Source of the DNA: Balanoglossus misakiensis | Lineage: Eukaryota > Animalia > Hemichordata | DNA: 64,000 nt | Direction of reading: 5' to 3' | Assembly: GCA_040954595.2 (NCBI GenBank) | Contig: JBECUI020000025.1 | Span: forward strand, 124,001 to 188,000 | Shown: positions 8,929 to 19,200 of the stretch, in pieces | Position numbering within the stretch: position 1 is the stretch's first letter | Layout of the letters: the number at the start of each line of letters is the position of its first letter | Made by a program: the position numbers and the translations under genes | The notes under the pieces: model-generated | Database searches by the model: none | What the model was told of the DNA's origin: nothing | The model's input: only the letters and a program-made list of their open reading frames with translations

Positions 8929-9323
8929 AAACTTCAAGCAAACAGCCACTTTTTATGGTAATTATTAATACCGCCCCTTAAGGGTGGGGGCTGTGGATGG
9001 GGGAGTGCATACACAAATTTTAAGTATAATTTTAAGTAAAAAATTATCAAAAGAAAGCACCCTACAAGATCAATTCCTTCGCTCAAACTTCAATCAAACA
9101 GCCACTTTTTGTGGTAATTATTGATACCGCCCCTTAAGGGTGGGGGTTGTGGATGGCGGGGTTTATACTAAAATTTTAAGTATAATTTTAAGTAAAAAAT
9201 TATCAGAAGAAAGCACCCAACAAGATCAATTCCTCCGCTCAAACTTCAATCAAACAGCCGCTTTTTGTGGTAATTCTTAATACCGCCCCTTAAGGGTGGG
9301 GGCTGTGGATGGGGGGCTTATAC
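8929..9323. repeat. Intergenic ~156-bp repeat array with G-rich hairpin core (3 cores at ~8968, 9124, 9280)
   Basis: AAACTTCAA.CAAACAGCC...ATACCGCCCCTTAAGGGTGGGGG(C/T)TGTGGATGG repeated three times, separated by near-identical AT-rich linkers. Confidence 0.92.
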
Positions 9324-9364
9324 AAAAAAAACAAGTCCCAGTCATACATGACCGGGACTTGTTT
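9324..9364 (-). terminator. Intrinsic terminator of lipoprotein A
   Basis: Long stem AAACAAGTCCC.GTCAT/ATGAC.GGGACTTGTTT followed by a T run on the minus strand, 10 bp after the stop. Confidence 0.85.
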
Positions 9365-9374
9365 CTATACTGCT

Positions 9375-12300
9375 TTATTGTGCCTTATACTCCGGCTGAC
9401 TACCGAAGTAGTATCCGCTTGTTGTATCCCAGAGACTTGGCCATCTACCGTCACCAACCCAGACATACTCACCAAGCTGGTCGGGAAGACCGTTTGAATC
9501 TGCATCGCTTTCACCACCAAAAGCATCGTGAATGACCCAGTTTCCATCGCTAAACATCTCTAGGTCGTCAGCCGTATCGGCTGTGCCCTTCGTATCGTAA
9601 TAACGATAGGGATCGGCTGTGGTGCCGGTTCCTCTTCGAAGAAGATTCGCTTCGGCACTGACCTCAGTTGCATAACTATCTGAACTTATTAGGAAAGTTG
9701 GAGCTGTATACAACAACCCTGGTGCAGGTCCTGTTCCGACAGCGGTACGATCAAAGTAGCTATATGCCCTCGCTCCCGTAGCATATCCAAATTCGCTTGT
9801 TATTTCGGAAAATTCCGTAATCGTTCCGCTACTGCGAAGTACTGAAGCAGTGCTGTATCCTGTAAACAAATCGTCTGGCATACTGTAGTTACCGAAAATT
9901 CCACCCAGGTGAAGAGGACCACTTACACTACCTGTTGCATAGCCGGATATCTCATAAATAGTGCCTGGATACCCTACTCTAACGCCAACTAGTCCACCAA
10001 CCTTTCCAGTATTACGGGATCCGATTCCAGTACTTGACATATCACCAGTTGAATATCCATATGTATTAGTATTATATTCACCGCCGGATATTCCGGCAAC
10101 ATATCGATTTCCAGTAACATCCCCCGTTGTAAATCCTATAATAGTAGAATCATCACTCGAACCAACCAACCCACCGACGTAATCATCTGAACCAAATACA
10201 GAACCCGAATTGTCTACGGCAATAAGATTTCCATTTTCCATAAAGCCGACTATTCCACCGACATAACTGCCCGTATTTGGACCGACGCTTACTTGTCCAT
10301 CAGCAGTTACTACTGTTCCCGTACTCTGCACCGAAACCGATTCAACTCTTCCCGATAATAACCGAGCTGCCAATACCCCTGCTAATGCATTTGCAGAAAT
10401 ACTTGGATCAATAAAAACAATGTTTTCTACACTTCCCCGCAGAGTGCTGAAAAGTCCTGCATTATTTCTGTCCGGATCATCTATCTTGAGATTGCTTATT
10501 TTATAACGACCTCCTGCTCCATCCGATCCACTGAGGCTTCCGGTAAACGTCCCTATCGGTGCCCAGCCGGTAGCAGGGAGACCGTAGGTACCCGGTTCTG
10601 GAAGCGTAATATCCGCCTTTAAGACAAAAGCCCCATCCAGTTTATACCTCATTGCCCGCAGGTCCCGCCAGTTATAAATATCCTCTACGGGGAGCTGTAA
10701 GGGTTTCCCAACTACCAGTTGTTCAGATGTCGTTCCATCTATGAGTTCTACTGCTATCCTCACCCTACCCTCAGTAATCGTAGACCACTCGCTACTCGTC
10801 ATTGCAGGACCAATGCCCACAATTATCCCTCCTGTACTATCAGTACTGGTAGTAATTGTTGCTGCCGGAGTATCAAAAATTATATTTCCTGAGTTCTCCT
10901 CGCGAATGCTTACCTGCGCACTCAGTCCCGTTGCATCACTTTTATTCGTTAAAAAGAGAAAGGGGTTATCAATATCTCCCCAACTAAAATAGGACTGAGA
11001 TCTTGCGTCCATACCACTCTTGTAGATGAAGGTTGTTGCAGGAGCACTTCCCTGTACGTACAAGGTAAGGTCTTGTACAACTGTGCCCCCATATCCGGCG
11101 CTCGCTCCTGTTGCAGTAATACTTATTTGATACTCACCTGCTGCGGTTGTATCAGCTACTATTATGCGTCCAGTTCCTCCCTCTATGCTTAGGCCTGTTG
11201 CTCCTGTAATGCTCCAATCGGGGGCGGGATCGGTGAGGGTATTCTCGTACAGAGGAAAGAAGGATTCTGTTCCTACTGAAGCCATAAGAAGGCTTCCATA
11301 ACTAAAACTTCCCTCTATTTGCGTCCCGCTTACAGTTACGGTGAATGTACTAGCGAGTGTTCCGTCAAGACTCGGATGCGATATGTCCATAGTAAAGGTG
11401 TAGACTCCCAGATTGTAGGTTTGTATTGTTATATTCCCATTCGTTGCAATGCTGTAATCATCTCCTGGAAGGGTTCCCCCACCATCTTTTGCTATACTGC
11501 CTACAACATAGGTCAGATCGGTCGCTGTTAACCATGCAGGAAGTACTGTTAGCGTTGGAGACAATATGCGTTCTTCACCTACGGGTATTGTTTCATCGGT
11601 ATATGAGACGGTTCCACTTAAGGCGCCTCGGCTTACTTGTACCGAGACCTCGTCTATGCGATTGGATTTTGTTGCTCGAATGGTTGCTGTTCCCACTTCA
11701 ACGCCAAGAATGTTCCCACCGGAAACCGTTACCACCGTTGGCGTATCACTACTCCATGCCACGCTGCTCCCTACGTTGGTGCCTTCAACTACTGCTAACA
11801 ACTGGACGCGTTCCGATATGTGAATTTCGATCTCTTGGGGTATCTCATTGCCATCAGCATCGGTAATGGTAACGGACCTGACAAATCCATTACTGCCGAC
11901 CTTTCCTACAAGCCAAGAACTGGTCTGAGAACTATCCGCTGAATTCTCTGCACGTACCCGGACCCAAAAGTCACGGGGTGTCTTATATATGTCACCAGGA
12001 CTCCAAACCCCCAGTGCCTGACCATACCCACCCAGGGAGGGAATAGGACTAAGAAAGACCGTATGGCTTGTTGTCGTTATGGAAGATGCGACTGTTACCC
12101 AATTTCTGTCACTGACATGCTGCACCTGTAGGGTGTAGCGCACTTCAGCTGGGGACCCGTCCGGTGCTAGGAGATTACCTGCATTCGTTGGTGCATCCCA
12201 TGCAATCGGTAAATATCCTACCCCTGCACTAGAAGATGCTGGTCGCAAATTCAGTAGTTCGTTTGGTGCAGAGGATAAACTGACTGACTTGGTCAGAGAA

Positions 12301-15300
12301 ACACTTCCGGCTGCATAGTTACTATTGCTTGGATTTGCAGTTATGGTAACTGTTGATTCCCTAGCTGGTGCATCTGTTGCGATAGAGATTGTCCCTGTTG
12401 TTGCATCAATGCTCCATCCAGTCGGTGTCGGATCCATGCTATAACTCAACCCTGCTTCCTGTGGGGCGGCTGTAACCGGTGTAGAGGTTCCTCCCCGCCT
12501 AAAATCTCCTCCCGAATAGACGAGATATATCTCCGTTGCCTTCTGATTGACTGTTACTGCCATCTCATGGCTTGCTGTACTCGTGTAGCCAGCAGCACTT
12601 GCTGTTATGCTCAGAGTATAACTCCCTGCTGATGTCGTATCGGCAATAGATATTACTCCATCTGTTCCCACTGTAATGCCCGAGGCAGTGCCCGAAGCGA
12701 TATAGCTCAACGCTAATCCTGCTATCGGTAGATTACTTAGGGCTGGACTCACTGAATCTGCTTCTCCATAAGTCGTTGTAATGCTATTTCGATTATACAG
12801 AAGCACATTGCTTAATCCCGGTACATTGACACTTACCGTTGCACGATTGCTCGAAACTGCACCTGCTGTTACCGTTATCGTGGCACTGCCGTCTGTTATT
12901 GCCTCGACCCTTCCATCTGTTACTCGTACAACTGTATTAGCACTACTGACCCAACTTACTGAGGTATCGACTACGTTGACCCAGAGGCTTCCCGGGACAC
13001 TCAGCGTCAGGCTCTCTCCGACCGGAAGGCTTAGTGCACTGATCGCTCCACTACTATCATGGATCTCTAATGGGCGTATTCCATTTGCAAGAAATGGTCC
13101 TGCCTCTGTCCAGTTACTGACCAAGGTTGTTTCAACCGTATTGACTGCCTGAATACGAATATCGTACTCACTTGCTCCCGTTAACCCGGTAAGGGTAATG
13201 GTCGTATTCGTGGTTGCCGGTGCATCCGTCCAGTCCGTACTCCCGGATGGACGGTAGCCGACTGTGTACCTGCTCGCGACAAGGGTTCTTCCGCTATGCT
13301 CGTAGCCCTGCGTTCCAGACCAATTTACTTTGATCGATCCAATATCCTTTACAATGCTATCCTTGACAATGCTCGCTTCATCCACCGCTGCCGGGGCTGT
13401 TGCTAAAGACTGTACCGTAACACTTATCGTTGCCATGTTTGTGTCATCTGACACTGCTTTTGCGGTAATAATTGTCGTACCTGTGCCCTGTCCTTCAAGC
13501 TCCCCTCGAAGAAGTCCAAGACTCGTTACTTGAACAAAGGCATTATTGCTTTCCCAGGTAACACCGGTATTCTCGACATTCACCCAGAGAGTATTGGGAA
13601 CACTGAGTGTCTTTCGCTCTCCAGGATAGAGAATCAGTGTAGTAATGGCTCCACTACTATCATGTATCTCTAATGGGCTGATCCCGTTCGCAAGAAATGG
13701 TCCTGCTTCTGTCCAGTTACTGACCAATGTTGTTTCAACCGTATTGACTGCCTGAATACGAATATTGTATTCACTTGCTCCTGTTAACCCAGTGAGGGTA
13801 ATGGTAGGGCTGGTGAGGATTGCCGGTGCATCCGTCCATGCTCCAGTACTGCTACTGAGGCGATACTGCACCGTATAGGTACTCTCTGCGAAGTTTCCCT
13901 CGGCATTGGTTCCTTGAACATCAACCCAGTTCAGTTTCAAAAAGCCGATACTCTTCTCGCTTTCATCCTTGATAATGCTCTGTGCATCAACTGCTTCCGG
14001 TGCTCGTGCTCCTGACTGGGTGGTCGTGATGGTGTACACGGGTGTTTCTACACTGACATCCCCATCTCCTACTGCACGAACAAGGACATAGTAGTCCGTT
14101 TCGGGTGATAGTCCGATTATGCTCAGTGTCCATTTATTTATTTCCCCATTAAATACCGGATCTGCCTGCTTATTCCCCGCTTCAATCAGATTAACATTGC
14201 TATCTGAGAGATAGACCTCATATGTCAACGATGCGCTTGAGACCGCATTCCAGTTCAGATTTATGACCGTTGCCGATGCTGCATGTCCAAGTGAATCAAA
14301 TCCGGCGACCGTAACACTTATTGCTGCTGTTTTCTGCGGATCGGCTACCGCCGCTGCACTGATACTTGCTGTTCCTTCCGTTATTGCTTGTACCAGTCCA
14401 TCAACGACCCTGACCACTGCTTCATTACTACTTGTCCATGTTACGCTCGTATCATCCACATTGATCCAGAGCGTTGCAGGAACACTCAACTGCTGCGTTT
14501 CTCCTGCTGATATGCTTAACTCAGTAATTGCTCCACTGTTATCGTGTATCTCTAATGCTCGAATGCCATTCGTAAAAAATGATTCTTCTGTCCAGTTACT
14601 CATCATGTCTGTGTCAAAGGTACTGATTGCTTGTATACGAATATTATACTCACTTGCTTCCTCTAACCCGGTAAGCGTGATCGTTGCTACTTGTACTGCT
14701 TCCCTCATCCACGCCTCTGTGGAACGGCGATACTCGACCATGTAGGTACTATCAACAAAGTTTCCCTCGGCATTCTTTCCTCGGACATCAACCCAGTTCA
14801 GTTTCAGAGATCCAATCCCTTTTTCGCTTTCATCTTTGCTGATTACAGACACTTCCGGGGGTGCTTCTGCTCCCGATGTCCCCGTCGCGACCTGCTCCAC
14901 AAGGCTTTCTGCGGTAATTGCTCCTGTTGCCTGAATAAATACATAGTAGGCTGTCTCAGGTGTGAGTCCGGTTAGGCTGAGTGTCCACATACTTTGGATA
15001 TCATCGTATGTTATCCCTTCTTGTTTGTTTGCCTCATCTTTGACCATTGCCTCATCCAAAGAAAAATAGACGCTATAGGTCAGTTCCTGCGGTGCAATGT
15101 CTTGCCACCAGATATCAATAGCTGTTGCTGATGCTTCATAATGATGAATTTGTAGGGTTCCAATCCCTGTTTGTACCTCGGTCTGTATGGCGGTGCTCTG
15201 TCCTACCAAATAGACGGATATGACAGACACAGTATACTCTGTTCCCGGCTCCAAGCCACTGACGGTATACTCGTTTACATCACCTGTTACCATAATGTCT

Positions 15301-15812
15301 TCAAGTGCTGTTCCACCTTTTGGTGTAATGCGAATGAGATAGTGTTCTACTGTTGTTGTTGTTGCCGGTGCGGTCCAGGTAACTGTCAGTCCTCTTTCTT
15401 CTGTTTGTGGTACTTGCACATTCGTAACACTACTTCCTTGTTCAACGAACTCTCCTGTTTGTTGGGTAGGAAGGGTAATTACTTCCGAAGTTCCCCCACC
15501 TTTATGTACGGTAAGCTCGACGGTGTAGGAGGTATTTGGAGCAAGAGTAAGTCCGGTAAATGTATGCGTAGTGCTCTCTGCGAGTTCTTCTGCAACAATC
15601 GACCCATCTGGTGCCTTGAGGGTAACGGTATAGGTATAGGCCTCCTGATCGGGAGGGGTCCATGAAACAGAAATCTCATCAGCAGCAGAAAAGCGAACTG
15701 AGAGATCAGAAGCAGGATGGACGAGGGGGGCGGTTGTAGTACCGGCACCACCACAAGAAAAAACAAAAGCAAACAAAACAACAAGGGCTGTTGTAATAAA
15801 AACTAAACGCAT
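9375..15812 (-). CDS. Giant surface lipoprotein A (FN3 + Ig-like + GLUG-like repeats), 2145 aa
   Basis: Start reassigned to ATG 15812 (GGAGG RBS; MRLVF...FVFSC lipobox). FN3 motifs (GLEPGTEYTVSV), Big_2-like motifs (VTWTSSNEAVVRVVDGLV), and YVGGLVG repeats. Confidence 0.88.
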   Translation of the reverse strand: MRLVFITTALVVLFAFVFSCGGAGTTTAPLVHPASDLSVRFSAADEISVSWTPPDQEAYTYTVTLKAPDGSIVAEELAESTTHTFTGLTLAPNTSYTVELTVHKGGGTSEVITLPTQQTGEFVEQGSSVTNVQVPQTEERGLTVTWTAPATTTTVEHYLIRITPKGGTALEDIMVTGDVNEYTVSGLEPGTEYTVSVISVYLVGQSTAIQTEVQTGIGTLQIHHYEASATAIDIWWQDIAPQELTYSVYFSLDEAMVKDEANKQEGITYDDIQSMWTLSLTGLTPETAYYVFIQATGAITAESLVEQVATGTSGAEAPPEVSVISKDESEKGIGSLKLNWVDVRGKNAEGNFVDSTYMVEYRRSTEAWMREAVQVATITLTGLEEASEYNIRIQAISTFDTDMMSNWTEESFFTNGIRALEIHDNSGAITELSISAGETQQLSVPATLWINVDDTSVTWTSSNEAVVRVVDGLVQAITEGTASISAAAVADPQKTAAISVTVAGFDSLGHAASATVINLNWNAVSSASLTYEVYLSDSNVNLIEAGNKQADPVFNGEINKWTLSIIGLSPETDYYVLVRAVGDGDVSVETPVYTITTTQSGARAPEAVDAQSIIKDESEKSIGFLKLNWVDVQGTNAEGNFAESTYTVQYRLSSSTGAWTDAPAILTSPTITLTGLTGASEYNIRIQAVNTVETTLVSNWTEAGPFLANGISPLEIHDSSGAITTLILYPGERKTLSVPNTLWVNVENTGVTWESNNAFVQVTSLGLLRGELEGQGTGTTIITAKAVSDDTNMATISVTVQSLATAPAAVDEASIVKDSIVKDIGSIKVNWSGTQGYEHSGRTLVASRYTVGYRPSGSTDWTDAPATTNTTITLTGLTGASEYDIRIQAVNTVETTLVSNWTEAGPFLANGIRPLEIHDSSGAISALSLPVGESLTLSVPGSLWVNVVDTSVSWVSSANTVVRVTDGRVEAITDGSATITVTAGAVSSNRATVSVNVPGLSNVLLYNRNSITTTYGEADSVSPALSNLPIAGLALSYIASGTASGITVGTDGVISIADTTSAGSYTLSITASAAGYTSTASHEMAVTVNQKATEIYLVYSGGDFRRGGTSTPVTAAPQEAGLSYSMDPTPTGWSIDATTGTISIATDAPARESTVTITANPSNSNYAAGSVSLTKSVSLSSAPNELLNLRPASSSAGVGYLPIAWDAPTNAGNLLAPDGSPAEVRYTLQVQHVSDRNWVTVASSITTTSHTVFLSPIPSLGGYGQALGVWSPGDIYKTPRDFWVRVRAENSADSSQTSSWLVGKVGSNGFVRSVTITDADGNEIPQEIEIHISERVQLLAVVEGTNVGSSVAWSSDTPTVVTVSGGNILGVEVGTATIRATKSNRIDEVSVQVSRGALSGTVSYTDETIPVGEERILSPTLTVLPAWLTATDLTYVVGSIAKDGGGTLPGDDYSIATNGNITIQTYNLGVYTFTMDISHPSLDGTLASTFTVTVSGTQIEGSFSYGSLLMASVGTESFFPLYENTLTDPAPDWSITGATGLSIEGGTGRIIVADTTAAGEYQISITATGASAGYGGTVVQDLTLYVQGSAPATTFIYKSGMDARSQSYFSWGDIDNPFLFLTNKSDATGLSAQVSIREENSGNIIFDTPAATITTSTDSTGGIIVGIGPAMTSSEWSTITEGRVRIAVELIDGTTSEQLVVGKPLQLPVEDIYNWRDLRAMRYKLDGAFVLKADITLPEPGTYGLPATGWAPIGTFTGSLSGSDGAGGRYKISNLKIDDPDRNNAGLFSTLRGSVENIVFIDPSISANALAGVLAARLLSGRVESVSVQSTGTVVTADGQVSVGPNTGSYVGGIVGFMENGNLIAVDNSGSVFGSDDYVGGLVGSSDDSTIIGFTTGDVTGNRYVAGISGGEYNTNTYGYSTGDMSSTGIGSRNTGKVGGLVGVRVGYPGTIYEISGYATGSVSGPLHLGGIFGNYSMPDDLFTGYSTASVLRSSGTITEFSEITSEFGYATGARAYSYFDRTAVGTGPAPGLLYTAPTFLISSDSYATEVSAEANLLRRGTGTTADPYRYYDTKGTADTADDLEMFSDGNWVIHDAFGGESDADSNGLPDQLGEYVWVGDGRWPSLWDTTSGYYFGSQPEYKAQ
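13040..13800. repeat. Internal ~160-bp direct repeat at 600-bp spacing in gene A (also in B at ~19900 and ~20500)
   Basis: TGLTGASEYxIRIQAVNTVETTLVSNWTEAGPFLANGI occurs twice, near-identical at DNA level. Confidence 0.85.
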
Positions 15813-15847
15813 CGTAACCTCCAAGCGTGAAAGAAAGTATATAGAAT

Positions 15848-15875
15848 AGTATAATGAAAACAGCAAAAAAGTCAA
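15848..15875 (-). promoter_or_regulatory. Sigma70-like promoter of gene A
   Basis: TTGACT-N16-TATACT on the minus strand, ~35 bp before the ATG. Confidence 0.6.
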
Positions 15876-15898
15876 GAAAAAACTATAAAATGACAAAT

Positions 15899-15917
15899 CC
15901 CCCCCCCCCCCCCCCCC
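15899..15917 (-). repeat. Poly-G tract (G19) upstream of gene A promoter
   Basis: 19 consecutive C on the + strand. Confidence 0.9.
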
Positions 15918-16102
15918 TAAAAACTCATATAGAAGAGGTTTTTGGGATGTCAAAATTAATATTATAGAGAAAAACTGCTGTGATATGTTTTATTTTGGAG
16001 ATTTACTTTGGGTAATTTTAGTAAAATAATCTTGCTTGGTACTCATTTTTTTTTGCATTTTTTTAAGAAAAATGAAATTTTTTATGAATCGAAGGAAAAA
16101 TA

Positions 16103-16180
16103 TTCAAGCAAAACTACAGTTTTCGCTGTAATTATTGATACCGCCCCTGATGGGTGGGGGTTGTGGATGGCGGGGCGCAT
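16103..16180. repeat. Single copy of the G-rich intergenic repeat core at the A/B junction
   Basis: TTCAAGCAAA...ATACCGCCCCTGATGGGTGGGGGTTGTGGATGGCGGGG. Confidence 0.9.
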
Positions 16181-16182
16181 TC

Positions 16183-16222
16183 AAAAAAAACAAGTCCCAG
16201 TCATACATGACCGAGACTTGTT
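16183..16222 (-). terminator. Intrinsic terminator of lipoprotein B
   Basis: Near copy of the gene A terminator; the one stem change gives a G-U pair on the minus strand. Confidence 0.8.
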
Positions 16223-16233
16223 CCTATACTGCT

Positions 16234-19200
16234 TTATTGTGCCTTATACTCCGGCTGACTACCGAAGTAGTATCCGCTTGTTGTATCCCAGAGACTTGGC
16301 CATCTACCGTCACCAACCCAGACATACTCACCAAGCTGGTCGGGAAGACCGTTTGAATCTGCATCGGTTTCACCACCAAAAGCATCGTGAATGACCCAGT
16401 TTCCATCGCTAAACATCTCTAGGTCGTCAGCCGTATCGGCTGTGCCCTTCGTATCGTAATAACGATAGGGATCGGCTGTGGTGCCGGTTCCTCTTCGAAC
16501 AAGATTCGCTTCGGCACTGACCTCAGTTGCATAGCTATCTGGACTTATTAGGAAAAGTGGAGCTGTATACAACAACCCTGGTGCAGGTCCTGTTCCGACA
16601 GCGGTACGATCAAAGTAGCTATATGCCCTCGCTCCCGTAGCATGTCCAAATACGCTTGTTATTTCGGAAAATGACGTACCCGTTCCGCTACTGCGATGTA
16701 CTGAAGCTGTGCTGTATCCTGTAAACAAATCGTCCACCATATTGTACAGACCAAAAAGCCCACCCGCGGCCGTAGTAGCACTTTCACTACCTGTTGCATA
16801 GCCGGATATCTCATAAGCAGGGGTAGAAGAAGACCCTGATCTAACGCCAGTTAGCCCACCAACCTTTCCAGTATTACTGAATCCGATTCCAGTACTTGAC
16901 ATATCACCAGTTGAATATCCATATGTATTAGTATTATATTCATTGCCGGATATTCCGCCAACATATTGATATCCAGTAGCATTCCCAGTTGTAAATCCTA
17001 TAATAGTAGAATTCTCACTTGAACCAACCAACCCACCGATGTAATCATCTGGACCAAATACAGAACCCGAATTGTCTACGGCAATAAGATTTCCGTTTTC
17101 TATAAAGCCGACTATTCCACCGACATAACTGCCCGTACTTCGACCGATTTCTACAGTTCCGTCTGCTGTTACTACTGTTCCCGTACTCTGCACCGAAACC
17201 GATTCAACTCTTCCCGATAATAACCGAGCTGCCAATACCCCTGCTGCTGCATTTGCAGAAATACTTGGATCAATAAAAACAATATCTTCTACACTTCCCC
17301 GCAGAATGCTGAAAAGTCCTGCATTATTTCTGTCCGGATCATCTATTTTGAGATTGCTTATTTTATAACGACCCCCTGCTCCATCCGATCCACTGAGGCT
17401 TCCGGTAAACGTCCCTATCGGTGCCCAGCCGGTAGCAGGGAGACCGTAGGTACCCGGTTCTGGAAGCGTAATATCTGCCTTTAAGACAAAAGCCCCATCC
17501 AGTTTATGCCTCATTGCCCACAGGTCCCGCCAGTTATAAATATCCTCTACGGGGAGCTGTAAGGGTTTCCCAACTACCAGTTGTTCAGATGTCGTTCCAT
17601 CTATGAGTTCTACTGCTATCCTCACCCTACCCTCAGTAATCGTAGACCACTCGCTACTCGTCATTGCAGGACCAATGCCCACAATTATCCCTCCCGTACT
17701 ATCAGTACTGGTAGTAATTGTTGCTGCCGGAGTATCAAAAATTATATTTCCTGAGTTCTCCTCGCGAATGCTTATCTGCGCACTCAGTCCCGTTGCATCA
17801 CTTTTATTCGTTAAAAAGAGAAAGGGGTTATCAATATCTCCCCAACTAAAATAGGACTGAGATCTTGCGTCCATACCACTCTTGTAGATGAAGGTTGTTG
17901 CAGGAGCACTTCCCTGTACGTACAAGGTAAGGTCTTGTACAACTGTGCCCCCATATCCGGTGCTCGCTCCTGTTGCAGTAATACTTATTTGATACTCACC
18001 TGCTGCGGTTGTATCAGCTACTATTATGCGTCCAGTTCCTCCCTCTATGCTTAGGCCTGTTGCTCCTGTAATGCTCCAATCAGGGGCGGGATCGGTGAGG
18101 GTATTCTCGTACAGAGGAAAGAAAGATTCTGTTCCTACTGAAGCCATAAGAAGGCTTCCATAACTAAAACTTCCCTCTATTTGCGTCCCGCTTACAGTTA
18201 CGGTGAATGTACTAGCGAGTGTTCCGTCAAGACTCGGGTGTGATATGTCCATAGTAAAGGTGTAGACTCCCAGATTGTAGGTTTGTATTGTTATATTCCC
18301 ATTCGCTGCAATGCTGTAATCATCTCCTGGAAGGGTTCCCCCACCATCTTTTGCTATACTGCCTACAACATAGGTCAGATCGGTCGCTGTTAACCATGCA
18401 GGAAGTACTGTTAGCGTTGGAGACAATATGCGTTCTTCACCTACGGGTATTGTTTCATCGGTATAAGAGACGGTTCCACTTAAGGCGCCTCGGCTTACTT
18501 GTACCGAGACCTCGTCTATGCGATTGGATTTTGTTGCTCGAATGGTTGCTGTTCCCACTTCAACGCCAAGAATGTTCCCACCGGAAGCCGTTACCACCGT
18601 TGGCGTATCACTACTCCATGCCACGCTGCTCCCTACGTTGGTGCCTTCAACTACTGCTAACAACTGGACGCGTTCCGATATGTGAATTTCGATCTCTTGG
18701 GGTATCTCATTGCCATCAGCATCGGTAATGGTAACGGACCTGACAAATCCATTACTGCCGACCTTTCCTACAAGCCAAGAACTGGTCTGAGAACTATCCG
18801 CTGAATTCTCTGCACGTACCCGGACCCAAAAGTCACGGGGTGTCAGATATATGTCACCAGGACTCCAAACCCCCAGTGCCTGACCATACCCACCCCGGGA
18901 GGGAATAGGACTAAGAAAGACCGTATGGCTTGTTGTCGTTATGGAAGATGCGACTGTTACCCAATTTCTGTCACTGACATGCTGCACCTGTAGGGTGTAG
19001 CGCACTTCAGCTGGGGACCCGTCCGGTGCTAGGAGATTACCTGCATTCGTTGGTGCATCCCATGCAATCGGTAAATATCCTACCTCTGTATTAGAAGATG
19101 CTGGTCGCAAATTCAGTAGTTCGTTTGGTGCAGAGGATAAACTGACTGACTTGGTCAGAGAAACACTTCCGGCTGCATAGTTACTATTGCTTGGATTTGC

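Noticed and set aside
8929-9323. CRISPR array
   Set aside because: The period is ~155 bp, the linkers are near-identical rather than unique spacers, and no cas genes are in the window.
15813-15953. N-terminal poly-Gly extension of gene A given in the ORF track
   Set aside because: It is a translation of the promoter and poly-G tract. ATG 15812 has a GGAGG RBS and a normal signal peptide, and the extension is out of frame in copy B.
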